64,000 nucleotides of DNA from Lachnospiraceae bacterium (GCA_022792885.1 JAAWBX010000011.1:1-64000), one strand, 5' to 3'; shown: positions 1-9,922, counted from the stretch's first letter. Translations and numbers: made by a program. Notes: a model not told the origin generated them from the letters alone.

Positions 1-191
1 AGGGGCAGGACGTTTTATTCGTTCTGCTTTTTGATGTTTTCTGCTTTTTCTTGCCACGAAAATACTCCTTTTAATGGAAAAGACTACAGTGTAAACTGTA
101 GCCTCTGGCAATATCATACCATATCTCATTTTCCGCTTCCACGAGCTTAGTCACTCGCATGTCATATACCTCCTCTTGCGAAATCCCCTTG

Positions 192-626
192 TCAGGATTC
201 CTCAATATGCTGCTTCCCTCTCAATCCCCACAGGATCCCGACGGATCCAAACGCGAGCACGATCACTTCCGTCGCCACAAAAGCTCTCGTTGAGAAATGA
301 AGGATGTTGACGAGAATCGTCGCCGCCACCGCCACGATAAAATACAGGGTTCCCAAAATCGTCATGGCCTGATTCTGCATAATATTCTGCCGGTCGTCCA
401 GCATTCCGAGAATAAACATCCCGAACATGGCGGTAAACGCCACGCCGATAAATACCAGGGACAGCAGGAGCCGGCCGGTAATCTCCTCCGCCAGCAAAAG
501 CGTCGCCGCAACGCCGGCCGCCAGAATAATCACATAGGCGATGATCGTCGTCATAACCTTTCCCGAGACATTCGCATTCAAGACAGATTGACCGGGCCTT
601 TCTTTCTTCATTTTTTCTTTTTTCAT
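192..626 (-). CDS. small integral membrane protein (3-4 predicted TM helices), last gene of the sigma/TIR/SPFH cluster
   Basis: ORF with long hydrophobic stretches (TIIAYVIILAAGVAATLLLA, LLLSLVFIGVAFTAMFGMFILGML, LYFIVAVAATILVNIL); 15-nt gap to upstream SPFH gene. Confidence 0.5.
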   Translation of the reverse strand: MKKEKMKKERPGQSVLNANVSGKVMTTIIAYVIILAAGVAATLLLAEEITGRLLLSLVFIGVAFTAMFGMFILGMLDDRQNIMQNQAMTILGTLYFIVAVAATILVNILHFSTRAFVATEVIVLAFGSVGILWGLRGKQHIEES

Positions 627-641
627 TCCGCTCTCCTTATT

Positions 642-1925
642 CTATAACGGCTGACCGCAGTGCATGCAGAAACGGGCTCCCGAAGGAATCTCTTCCCCGC
701 AGTTCGGGCAGACCGGCGCCAACGGCTGACCGCACCCCATACAAAAACGGGCTCCCGCCGGGACAGACGTCTGACAGTTCGGACATACCCGGCCGGCGGC
801 CGGCGCACTTTCCGCCGCGACGCCCGAAGCCTCCGAAGCCGGCGCCTGTATCGGCGTCGCTCCCGCTCCCGGGGCCGCTCCCGGCTGACCCGGCGTTACG
901 AAAACATTGGCTGTCGGATTCAATCCCGGATTCGGCATCATACCGCCCGCGCCCATGACGCCGCCCACCATACCGCCCACGGCCCCGCCCATGGCCGTAC
1001 CGACGCCCGCCATCATGCCAAGGCCGATACCCATATTACTGAACGTACCGGTGTTTTCGTTGGAAGCAATCTTCTCGGCCACATCAAAAGCCCGCTCATC
1101 CTGATATGTATAGCCTTCCAGACGCCGCTTCTCGGCCTCCGCCTGGGCCATAAGGATCCGCTTCTGAGCCTCCGTCTGCTGCCTTATAATCGCCGTCTGC
1201 TGATCGGTCTGCGCCGTAAAAACATCCGTATAACGGCTCGCCATTGCCTCTTTCAGACGCCGGTAAGTCGGATCATCCTCCGGCCTCACCACCGTGTTGA
1301 TCATAAACCGGGTCAGAGTCACGCCGTACTCCGAAAAATCCGTATCCAGTTTCGCTTTGATCACATCCGACAGCACATCCAACTGGCTGTCGATCTCAAA
1401 AATATTCAACTGCTGCTCCTTGATGCTGCGGGCAAGATAAGATTTGACCCGATTCATCAGGATCCCTCTGAAATACGAAACCATATGTTCCGGCGTCAGC
1501 GTCGTTTCAGCCCCCACCAGGCGGACCAGGAAACGCGCCGAATCCGCAATCTGGATTCCCATATCCCCGCTGGCGCCGATCTCCATCGGGAAATTATAAT
1601 TCGGTTCAATGAACTGAACCTTACTGTCCGTCCCCCATTTCAGGGACATCTTCTCCACTTTGTTGACAAAATAAACCTCACAGTGAAATGTTGACACACC
1701 GCCGGTAGGAAGATTCATCAATTTCCGCAAAAGCGGGATGTTCTCGGTCTTTAACACATAACGCCCGGCCCCGAACACATCCGCAATCTGCCCGTTCTTG
1801 AAAAACACCGCTTCCTGGGATTCATGCACGATCAGCGTGGACGACGTATTAAAATCCTCCGCCGGATGTTTCCACACCAGAATATTATTCCCGCCCTCAT
1901 ACTTGATCACTTCTAAGATTGCCAT
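642..1925 (-). CDS. SPFH/Band-7 domain protein with Gly/Met-rich linker and C-terminal double zinc ribbon (four CxxC pairs)
   Basis: N-terminal region matches SPFH 'virion core protein-like' family (KYEGGNNILVWKHP...FHCEVYFVNK); C-terminus CPNCQ...CMGCGQ...CPNCGE...CMHCGQ zinc-ribbon repeats. Confidence 0.7.
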   Translation of the reverse strand: MAILEVIKYEGGNNILVWKHPAEDFNTSSTLIVHESQEAVFFKNGQIADVFGAGRYVLKTENIPLLRKLMNLPTGGVSTFHCEVYFVNKVEKMSLKWGTDSKVQFIEPNYNFPMEIGASGDMGIQIADSARFLVRLVGAETTLTPEHMVSYFRGILMNRVKSYLARSIKEQQLNIFEIDSQLDVLSDVIKAKLDTDFSEYGVTLTRFMINTVVRPEDDPTYRRLKEAMASRYTDVFTAQTDQQTAIIRQQTEAQKRILMAQAEAEKRRLEGYTYQDERAFDVAEKIASNENTGTFSNMGIGLGMMAGVGTAMGGAVGGMVGGVMGAGGMMPNPGLNPTANVFVTPGQPGAAPGAGATPIQAPASEASGVAAESAPAAGRVCPNCQTSVPAGARFCMGCGQPLAPVCPNCGEEIPSGARFCMHCGQPL

Positions 1926-2000
1926 ATTTTCTCCTCTCTCGCGCCCGGACTCACCGATCCGACTTTGCTACCGCAGAATCTGTGTCTGAATGCCGTCGCC

Positions 2001-4046
2001 TCAGTCCTCCCTCGAACCGTATCCGGGAAGATTCACCAGATGTTCGCTGCCGATCTCTTTCTCCCAGCGATCTCTCACTTCTTCCCGTATCTCTTCTTCC
2101 AAAGGTTTAAGCACCTGAGTCTCGTATCTTTTCATTGAATTGTACAGCCCGCTCCAGCGGATCGAAACGATTGTCCTGTACAAACCGAACAGAACGGTCA
2201 GGGCTCCGACAGTCGGGAATATTACCCGGACAGCGAAAGGCAGATCATACGAATCAAAAAATGTATCAAAGGCCCATCCCATACCGAAACTTAAAACCAG
2301 CGTGAGGATAATCGTAGCTTTGAAACCTATAAACGAACCCAGAAACACCTTGGAACCCGCTATACAGAAGGCGGCGGACCAGACCAAAAGAAGCATGGCG
2401 CCTTCTTCCCGGATATCCGAATAAATCCCAATTCCGCTGAGCAGCAAAAGCACGCTGAAAAACAGAGCAATAATGCCGACTCCCTCGTCATAGGTATGTT
2501 TCACGACCCTTATCTTCTTTTTTAATATTTTTTCGTATTTTGCAGCTTTATCCGGATGCTTTTCCTGCAGCGTACGGGTAATGTAGGTCCGAGCCGGATC
2601 GATCTGCGCATGATATTCCTGAATCTTCCGGTTCAGCTCCTCCTGTTGTCTGGCCTTTTCCTCCTGCCTGGCGATCCCGTCCCTGCACGTTTTGCGAAGG
2701 CGATGAAACGCCGCTTCATCGCCGATCCGAAAACCGCCCTGCGAAGTCCGCTCCGTCACTTCATCCAATACCTGCTCCGCTTTACGGTAATTCTCCTTTT
2801 TAATCAGTTCTTCGGCCCTTACAAGCTCTCTGGATTGGTCGCAACAGTTGTCAAAAAGAAGCAGTTGCGCTTTGCGCTCCTCATTTCCGTACTGCATCGC
2901 CCGCTTAAAATATCGGTCGTCCACCCAACTCCACTGTTCTTTCGAGGGGCAGGACGGCAGCGCGGTGATCTCCCGCTTCGCCAGGAGCCCGAAATAATAT
3001 GCCTCTCCGTTCTCCGGATCCCGGTTTAAAACTTCCTCCAAAAGCCGGTTCGCTTCCTCAAAATCCTGATCCTCCACGGCCTGTTTGGCGCGGATCAAAA
3101 GTTTTCCGGTCGTCACGCCGGCGGCCCCCGCCGCGGCCAGCGTCTCCACCGTGCGGCCCGTCAATTTGCTCACGCCCCGGACCAGATCCTGCATCGCCCC
3201 CACGCGGCTCATGTCCTGCCCCTGCACCGTTGGGATCTCCGGCGGAAAATCATACGGGCTCATATCCACGAACACCGGCACGATGTGTTTGCTCCGGTCT
3301 TTGTCCATCATACTTAAATACCGGCTCCACTCGTTCTTCACCCATCGCGCTTCCAGTTGTTCCGGCTTATCCGCCGTCAGCAAGAGAACCTTCGCCGAAT
3401 GCAGCGCCGCAAAAATATAAGGCTCATATTCCTCGCCCGACATCCCCTCCAGCGTAATCCGGGAGAAAAACACCTTAAACCCTTTTTCCGTCAGGTTTTC
3501 ATAAATCTCCTGCGCCAAAACGCTCCCCTTCGTCCGCTGCCCGTTCTCCTCCTGAGCTTTAAAACAGATAAACACGTCGTAAGGGGCTTCCCTGCGGCTG
3601 ATCTCCAGATACCGGCTCTGAATTCGATCGATCTTCCTCGCCTCTTTCCGGTAAAGCTCCTTCGTATATTCATCGGAGGCTTCCAGCGCCGCCAGATAAT
3701 CCGGATCATCCAGAACCCGCTCGTAGCTCATACGGCTGACCGTCGGTTTATAGTCCCCGCTTCTGGGATCCTTTACATATTCCACACCGTAACGGCACAG
3801 CGTCAGACACCAATGCGCCTCCGCGTCGCTCTCGTCGTCGGCGATAATATGCTCGTAGGCCGAATACGCCCGGTCAAAATCCCCGATCTGCCGGAAATGA
3901 TTCCCCCGGTTGTACATATCCGCACGCTTATCGTCGTCGATCTTCGGCAGCGTCACCTCGCTGCCGCAACTGTCGCAGATCCCGTGGCTCTCGCCGGTAA
4001 TCTCGATATTCCCGCCGCAGAGTTTACATTTTAATGCTGTCATCAT
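2001..4046 (-). CDS. Zn-ribbon / TPR-like / TIR-like domain protein with C-terminal 4-TM membrane anchor (paralog B)
   Basis: N-term CKLCGG...CDSCGS zinc ribbon; TIR-like core YDVFICFKAQEE...GFKVFFSRITLEGMSGEEYEPYIFAALHSAKVLLLTADKPEQLEARWVKNEWSRYL; C-terminal hydrophobic helices; ~95% identical to upstream paralog over first ~300 aa. Confidence 0.65.
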   Translation of the reverse strand: MMTALKCKLCGGNIEITGESHGICDSCGSEVTLPKIDDDKRADMYNRGNHFRQIGDFDRAYSAYEHIIADDESDAEAHWCLTLCRYGVEYVKDPRSGDYKPTVSRMSYERVLDDPDYLAALEASDEYTKELYRKEARKIDRIQSRYLEISRREAPYDVFICFKAQEENGQRTKGSVLAQEIYENLTEKGFKVFFSRITLEGMSGEEYEPYIFAALHSAKVLLLTADKPEQLEARWVKNEWSRYLSMMDKDRSKHIVPVFVDMSPYDFPPEIPTVQGQDMSRVGAMQDLVRGVSKLTGRTVETLAAAGAAGVTTGKLLIRAKQAVEDQDFEEANRLLEEVLNRDPENGEAYYFGLLAKREITALPSCPSKEQWSWVDDRYFKRAMQYGNEERKAQLLLFDNCCDQSRELVRAEELIKKENYRKAEQVLDEVTERTSQGGFRIGDEAAFHRLRKTCRDGIARQEEKARQQEELNRKIQEYHAQIDPARTYITRTLQEKHPDKAAKYEKILKKKIRVVKHTYDEGVGIIALFFSVLLLLSGIGIYSDIREEGAMLLLVWSAAFCIAGSKVFLGSFIGFKATIILTLVLSFGMGWAFDTFFDSYDLPFAVRVIFPTVGALTVLFGLYRTIVSIRWSGLYNSMKRYETQVLKPLEEEIREEVRDRWEKEIGSEHLVNLPGYGSRED

Positions 4047-4071
4047 CTTTCCCCCTCTTATTCTTGTGCCT

Positions 4072-6090
4072 CTACTGCAAATTCCCCGTCCGGTATCCGG
4101 GAAGATTCACCAGGTTATCCGCTCCGATCTTATCCGTCCATTCCCGGGTCACTTCGCTCCGGATCTCTTCCTCCAGCGGTATCAGGATCTTCTCGTCGTA
4201 ATCGTCTACCGCATCGCGCATAGACGCGCATTTCATCGTAATGCGGGTCTGATTCAAACTGACGAAGAACTGCCAGACCGCGATCAGCGGAAACGCGAGC
4301 CGCAGCCACTGAAACGTCAAAAACATTGTAATCACGAAACTGATACCGAACGTAATCGCGGATACCATCCCCCAGACGATAAAACCGGGAAATTCCGGAT
4401 TCGGCGCTTCCTCCGTGGACGTATAAGAACCGGGCAGCATACAGGTAATATTCCAGGCGAGCAGAAGCGGAACGCTCATCTCCCTCCAGAGGAGCGCGCC
4501 GATCCCGATCGCGGCCAGCGTGCTGACCAAAGGCCCGAAACCCTTCCCTTTTTTATAAACCTTTGTCTCGTCCACATGCATCGCATTTACCAGGCTCTCA
4601 TATTTCTCCGCCACGTCCCGATGCCGTTTTTGTATCGTCCGGGTCACGTAAGTATCGGGCGGATCGATCTGCGCGTGATAAGCCGCCAGATTCCGCCGCT
4701 CCTCTTTCTGTCTGGCCAGGATCTCCTCACACTGCGCCCGCAGGCGGACAATCTTCTCGCCGTTGGCGAGTACATATGCATCCTCCTTCGCCTTTCGTTC
4801 CATCTCGACCAGACGTTCCCGGGCCTCCCGATATTGCTTTTTCGCAATCAGCTCTTCCGCCGACGCCAACATGGGGAGCTCATAAGCCAAATGTTCAAAC
4901 TCATGCAGCTCCCTCTTCCGTTCTTCGCTTCCATACTGCAGCGCGCGTTTGAAATAACGGTCCTTCGTCCATTCGTCATAGGAACCGGAGCCCTTCGGAT
5001 CCGGCAGGCTCCTCACCTCGTTCTTGGCGAGAAGTCCGTAATAGTAAGCCTCCCCGTTCTCGGGTTCCCGGTTCAATGCTTCCTCCGTCAGCCGGAACGC
5101 TTCCTCAAACACGCCGTCCTCCAGCGCCTGCCGTACCCGGGTCAGGATTCCGGCCACCGTCACGCCCGCGCTTCCCGTCACGACCTGTGCTTCCGCCACG
5201 CGCCCCGTCAGTTTGCCCACTCCCCGGATCAGATCCTGCATCGCCCCCACGCGGCTCATGTCCTGACCCTGCACCGTCGGGATCTCCGCCGGAAAATCAT
5301 ACGGGCTCATATCCACAAACACCGGCACGATGTGTTTGCTCCGATCCTTATCCATCATGCTCAGATAGCGGCTCCACTCATTCTTCACCCACCTGGCCTG
5401 CAGATGCTCCGGTTTATCCGCCGTTAAAAGCAGGACCTTCGCCGAATGCAGCGCCGCAAAAATATAGGGTTCATACTCCTCGCCCGACATCCCTTCCAGC
5501 GTGATCCGGGAGAAAAACACCTTAAACCCTTTCTCTGTCAGATTTTCATAGATCTCCTGCGCCAAAACGCTCCCCTTCGTCCGCTGGCCGTTCTCCTCCT
5601 GAGCCTTAAAACAGATAAATACGTCGTAGGGGGCTTCCCTGCGGCTGATCTCCAGATACCGGCTCTGAATGCGGTCGATCTTCCCCGCCTCTTTCCGGTA
5701 AAGTTCCTTCGTATACTCGTCGGAAGCCGCCAGAGCCGCCAGATAATCCGGATCGTCCAGAACCTTTTCATAGTTCATACGGCTGACCGTAGGTTTATAC
5801 TCCCCGCTTCTGGGATCCTTTACATATTCCACGCCGTAGCGGCACAGCGTCAGGCACCAGTGCGCCTCCGCATCGCTCTCGTCGTCGGCGATAATATGCT
5901 CGTAGGCCGAATACGCCCGGTCAAAATCCCCGATCTGCCGGAAGTGATTCCCTCGATTATACATATCCGCACGCTTATCGTCGTCGATCTTCGGCAGCGT
6001 CACCTCGCTGCCGCAACTATCGCAAATCCCGTGGCTCTCGCCGGTGATCTCGATATTCCCTCCGCAAAGCTTACATTTTAATGCCGTCAA
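4072..6090 (-). CDS. Zn-ribbon / TPR-like / TIR-like domain protein with C-terminal TM anchor (paralog A)
   Basis: Same architecture and near-identical N-terminal half as 2001-4046; diverged coiled-coil/TM C-terminal half; both end in LVNLPGY motif. Confidence 0.65.
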   Translation of the reverse strand: MTALKCKLCGGNIEITGESHGICDSCGSEVTLPKIDDDKRADMYNRGNHFRQIGDFDRAYSAYEHIIADDESDAEAHWCLTLCRYGVEYVKDPRSGEYKPTVSRMNYEKVLDDPDYLAALAASDEYTKELYRKEAGKIDRIQSRYLEISRREAPYDVFICFKAQEENGQRTKGSVLAQEIYENLTEKGFKVFFSRITLEGMSGEEYEPYIFAALHSAKVLLLTADKPEHLQARWVKNEWSRYLSMMDKDRSKHIVPVFVDMSPYDFPAEIPTVQGQDMSRVGAMQDLIRGVGKLTGRVAEAQVVTGSAGVTVAGILTRVRQALEDGVFEEAFRLTEEALNREPENGEAYYYGLLAKNEVRSLPDPKGSGSYDEWTKDRYFKRALQYGSEERKRELHEFEHLAYELPMLASAEELIAKKQYREARERLVEMERKAKEDAYVLANGEKIVRLRAQCEEILARQKEERRNLAAYHAQIDPPDTYVTRTIQKRHRDVAEKYESLVNAMHVDETKVYKKGKGFGPLVSTLAAIGIGALLWREMSVPLLLAWNITCMLPGSYTSTEEAPNPEFPGFIVWGMVSAITFGISFVITMFLTFQWLRLAFPLIAVWQFFVSLNQTRITMKCASMRDAVDDYDEKILIPLEEEIRSEVTREWTDKIGADNLVNLPGYRTGNLQ

Positions 6091-6106
6091 TTTTCCCTCT
6101 CCCCCT

Positions 6107-8032
6107 TTATGGTTTTATCTCGACCTCCGCCCGAATCTCCTCTTCCAGAAGATATACCGGCGAATGAAAATAAAGCGTCACCTCCGATTGCGGTCTCTCA
6201 TCCTTACTGGTCAAGATAACCTGATTCTCAGGCCGGATACCGATTCCCGCTCTTTTCTGACCGTCCTCTGCCTCCCCGGCAAACTCCGCCGCCGCATTAA
6301 AAGAACTGAGAAGCGGCTCCCCTTCCTCTTTATCTCCCTGTCGGATTTCACATGTCAACGTATACTGCCAATAAAGTTCTCTCTCGCCCCAGGTTTCCCC
6401 TTCCCGCTCCCACCGGATCTCCCGTTCCTTCTTCTCGGCTTTCACATGAAGAATTCGCACCGTCTCGCCTCCGGGAAAGGAAAGTTCCGCCTCGGTCTCC
6501 CGGTCTTCCCCGTCCGTCGTCGGAAGCGGCAGGGTAATCTTCCCCGTCTCGGCCTCCCCCTCCAGACAAAGGCAGGGAAGCACCAGCGTATACGTCCCGG
6601 CCTCCGCTCCCTCTATGTACAGCTCTTTTCTGGCCAGCTTCGCGGTGGAGTCCGAAACCGCCTGAGCCGGATATTCCCTTCCTGCTTTATCCCTCAGATA
6701 AGCCGGACGGTAGTCCCCATTCCCGGTCCCTCTCGAAGACTGCGTCAAAAACGGCGAGACGGGATAACCTTCCCGCTCGGACAGCGAATACAAAGAAATC
6801 AGCGCGCCCTCCCCGCTTTTGCGGCCGGGTTGAATCAGGAGACTCCCTCCCGAATATTCCACCGTCTGTCCCAGAGCGGACAAATCTTCTTCAAATCGCA
6901 ATTTAGACAACGTCAGATCAAAACAGGGAACCTCCCCTTCCATACGGTACGATTCCCCCGTCTCCCTTCCGTTCTCATCATACAGGGCAATCTCCGGAAT
7001 CTCCCCGTTCTCCCGGACCGGATCCAGGCGTATCGAAAGCGACAGTTCCTCCTCGCTCTCATCCGGCGTCCAGAAAAACCAGCAGGATACCCGTTCGCCG
7101 CCTTCCAAAATCCGGCAGGACTTCCCCAGATCCGGAATCACCGATATCCCCTCTCCTTTACAGGCTCCGATATAATAATCCGCAATCGCCGGAAAACGAA
7201 ACCTCTCCCCCTCACCCGGCGGGAACGAAGCAAAAAACGCCAGATACAGCTCCCCGCTCTGATAAACCGCATCCGTTACGATAAAAGTTATGCCGTCCTT
7301 CTCGTAAAAAGGCTTCTCTCCATGCAAGGAATAGACAGGTTCCGATTCCTCCCAGTTAAATCCCGTTCTCTCATGAAATTGAAACCTGTGAAACAACATC
7401 GCCGCGCAGCCGGCCAGCACCGCAAGCAAAAGCCCCAGAAGCAGGATTTTCAGAAGCTTTTTTATACTCCGCTGGCCCCGTTTCTTCACCGTCTCATAAG
7501 GAAGTTTCATCTGAGCCGCGATCTCCTTAAAACTCAAGCCGCCGTAATATTTCATCCTCAGGATCGCTCCGTCCAAAGGTTCCAGGCGGCTTAGAATCTC
7601 CTCCAGATCTCCCTCCGCCCAAATCTCTTTTGGCGTGTTCTTCTCCTGAGCCATCTGCTCGCGAAGCTTCTCTTCCGCCCTCTCTCTGCGCTCGTTTTTC
7701 CGACACAGATCAAGCGCCTGATGATCCGCGATCGCACAGAGATATTGTTTTAACGTACCCTTTTTCGGATCGAACTTCTGGGGATTTAAAACAAACGCGG
7801 CAAAACTGTCATTCACACATTCCTTGACATCCTCCGGATCCGACAGCCGCCTGGCGCAGATTCGCCAGACCAAACCACTGTAAGCCTCCCACAGAGCAAC
7901 GGTTCCCTTCTCCCGGTCGTTTTCCAAAAGAGCTATCAGTTCTTCCTCCGTGTACCTACCCGTTTCCATCCATTCTCCTATGCTCCTTCTTGTATTAACG
8001 CAATCCTCCTCATATTTTGATTCGTTTTTCAA
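6107..8032 (-). CDS. ECF-type sigma-70 family sigma factor fused to a TM helix and ~420-aa extracytoplasmic domain (sigma/anti-sigma-like fusion)
   Basis: Region 2-like (ALWEAYSGLVWRICARRLSDPEDVKECVNDSFAAF) and region 4-like HTH (LDGAILRMKYYGGLSFKEIAAQMKLPYETVKKRGQRSIKKLL) followed by ILLLGLLLAVLAGCAAMLF TM and a long acidic C-terminal domain. Confidence 0.7.
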   Translation of the reverse strand: MKNESKYEEDCVNTRRSIGEWMETGRYTEEELIALLENDREKGTVALWEAYSGLVWRICARRLSDPEDVKECVNDSFAAFVLNPQKFDPKKGTLKQYLCAIADHQALDLCRKNERRERAEEKLREQMAQEKNTPKEIWAEGDLEEILSRLEPLDGAILRMKYYGGLSFKEIAAQMKLPYETVKKRGQRSIKKLLKILLLGLLLAVLAGCAAMLFHRFQFHERTGFNWEESEPVYSLHGEKPFYEKDGITFIVTDAVYQSGELYLAFFASFPPGEGERFRFPAIADYYIGACKGEGISVIPDLGKSCRILEGGERVSCWFFWTPDESEEELSLSIRLDPVRENGEIPEIALYDENGRETGESYRMEGEVPCFDLTLSKLRFEEDLSALGQTVEYSGGSLLIQPGRKSGEGALISLYSLSEREGYPVSPFLTQSSRGTGNGDYRPAYLRDKAGREYPAQAVSDSTAKLARKELYIEGAEAGTYTLVLPCLCLEGEAETGKITLPLPTTDGEDRETEAELSFPGGETVRILHVKAEKKEREIRWEREGETWGERELYWQYTLTCEIRQGDKEEGEPLLSSFNAAAEFAGEAEDGQKRAGIGIRPENQVILTSKDERPQSEVTLYFHSPVYLLEEEIRAEVEIKP

Positions 8033-8181
8033 AGGGAAAAAGGGACATTTTTTTTAAATTCGCATTTTTTCGACACATTTCTGTTCTTTTCGCGCACTGT
8101 TTATATTATAGCACATCATCCGTGCCTGATTCAATATATTTTTTTACTTAGTAAAACAAACCAAAAACCGATAAAATCCCT

Positions 8182-8210
8182 TGCCCTCCCCTCTTTTCTG
8201 GTGTATAGTA
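8182..8210 (+). promoter_or_regulatory. candidate sigma-A promoter (TTGCCC-17-TATAGT) for the methyltransferase gene at 8242
   Basis: -35/-10-like hexamers with 17-nt spacer in AT-rich divergent intergenic region 8033-8241. Confidence 0.35.
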
Positions 8211-8241
8211 AATCCAAACGATTTATGCGGGGAATTTATTC

Positions 8242-9105
8242 ATGTGGATTGCGGATCAATGGAAAGATTATAAGATCTTGGATTGTTCGGACGGGGAAAA
8301 ACTGGAAATCTGGAACGGTTACCGGCTGATTCGGCCGGATCCTCAGGTTATCTGGCGTACGCCGAGGGGACACGAATGGAAAAAACCGAACGCTCATTAC
8401 CACCGGAGTTCCAAAGGCGGCGGCGAATGGGAATTTTTTGATCTTCCGGAACAATGGGACATCTCTTACCGGGAGCTGACCTTCCATTTAAAGCCGTTCC
8501 GCTTCAAACATACCGGATTATTCCCTGAACAGGCGGTAAACTGGGACTGGTTCTCTTCTATTATTAAGCAGGCCAAAAAACCGGTAAAAGTTCTTAACCT
8601 CTTCGCTTACACCGGCGGAGCCACTCTGGCCGCAGCCCGGGCCGGCGCTTCGGTCACGCACGTAGACGCTTCCAAAGGCATGGTCGCCTGGGCCAAAGAA
8701 AACGCCGGCGCTTCGGGCCTTGCCGAAGCGCCGATCCGCTGGCTGGTAGACGATTGTATGAAATTTGTGGAACGGGAACGGCGCCGGGGCAACACCTACG
8801 ACGCAATCATCATGGATCCGCCCTCCTACGGCCGGGGCCCGGGCGGAGAAGTGTGGAAGATTGAAAACACCCTCTACGACCTGGTCTGCGCCTGCGCAAA
8901 GATATTGAGTCCGGACGCTTTATTCTTCCTGATCAACTCCTATACGACCGGACTGGCCCCGGGCGTGATGGCCTATCTGCTGAAAAGTCTAATCGTTCCC
9001 GACTTTGGCGGACAGGTCACCTCGGATGAGATCGGTCTTCCGGTAGGGGAAAAAGAACGAATCCTTCCCTGCGGCGCATCCGGACGCTGGTTCCGAACCG
9101 CATAA
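8242..9105 (+). CDS. class I SAM-dependent methyltransferase (RlmI/YccW-like rRNA methyltransferase family)
   Basis: SAM-binding motifs LNLFAYTGGATLAAA, DAIIMDPPSYG. Confidence 0.65.
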   Translation: MWIADQWKDYKILDCSDGEKLEIWNGYRLIRPDPQVIWRTPRGHEWKKPNAHYHRSSKGGGEWEFFDLPEQWDISYRELTFHLKPFRFKHTGLFPEQAVNWDWFSSIIKQAKKPVKVLNLFAYTGGATLAAARAGASVTHVDASKGMVAWAKENAGASGLAEAPIRWLVDDCMKFVERERRRGNTYDAIIMDPPSYGRGPGGEVWKIENTLYDLVCACAKILSPDALFFLINSYTTGLAPGVMAYLLKSLIVPDFGGQVTSDEIGLPVGEKERILPCGASGRWFRTA

Positions 9106-9106
9106 T

Positions 9107-9922
9107 TCAGGAGAGATAACCGTCTCTTAACCGTTCCTTCTCCGCTTTCCCTACGCCGAGTTCCCGCTCCAAAAAGGCGTCCATACTGCCCCAGCCCTTT
9201 TTCACCTCGTCCAGGTAAGCCGCCAGATAATTCTCTTGCGCCAGATGCAGCGCATGAATGTCCTCCTGAAGCTTCTCGTCGGCTACCTTCTGCCGCACGG
9301 AAGCCATAGAAGTTTCTATATGCCTGGCCAGCCGTTGATTCGTCTCCCGATAATTATCATAGATCGTCGCCTCCGGCACATCCAAAGCGAACAGAATCAG
9401 CGCCGCACCGATACCGGTGCGGTCTTTTCCTTTACTGCAGTGCCAGAGCACGGCCCCCTCTTCTTCCGCCAGCAGGATCTCAAAAAAACGTCGATACCCT
9501 TCCCTGGCTTTCGGTGTTTTTGCCAGATCCCGATAGGTAGCTTCCATATAGCCCTTCCCGTCTAGGCCGCTGGCCAGCAGCCGTCCCAGAAAGCCGGTCG
9601 GATCCTGTTTCTTCTCCTCGTCGTTTTGCTCATGAGTGATCCCTTCTACCTGCTCTTCCAGAAGCGGCAGCCAAACCATCCGGACTCCGGGCAGCTCCGG
9701 TTCCGGACTGTTTCGCCGCTCCCCGGCCGTCCGGAAATCCACCGCGGTCCTCACCTTCATCTCCTCCGTCAGAAAACGAACATCTCCGGCGGACAAATTT
9801 CCAAGACCGTCCGCCCGAATCAGTCGTTTACTTTTTATCACACGGCCGTCCCTGGCGCACAGCCCGGCCAGCTCCCGAATATTATCCGCACCTTCAAAAA
9901 AATATTCCATCTGCTTATCCAT
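9107..9922 (-). CDS. protein-tyrosine phosphatase (Y_phosphatase3 family)
   Basis: CX5R active-site loop HCSKGKDRTG. Confidence 0.7.
   Translation of the reverse strand: MDKQMEYFFEGADNIRELAGLCARDGRVIKSKRLIRADGLGNLSAGDVRFLTEEMKVRTAVDFRTAGERRNSPEPELPGVRMVWLPLLEEQVEGITHEQNDEEKKQDPTGFLGRLLASGLDGKGYMEATYRDLAKTPKAREGYRRFFEILLAEEEGAVLWHCSKGKDRTGIGAALILFALDVPEATIYDNYRETNQRLARHIETSMASVRQKVADEKLQEDIHALHLAQENYLAAYLDEVKKGWGSMDAFLERELGVGKAEKERLRDGYLS

Noticed and set aside
660-1694. 344-aa plus-strand ORF
   Set aside because: Antisense to the SPFH gene; Arg-rich low-complexity translation typical of GC-rich antisense frames.
3357-6081. paired plus-strand ORFs 3357-4034 and 5446-6081 with near-identical translations
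   Set aside because: They are antisense shadows of the duplicated TIR-like genes. Their similarity only reflects the DNA-level duplication.
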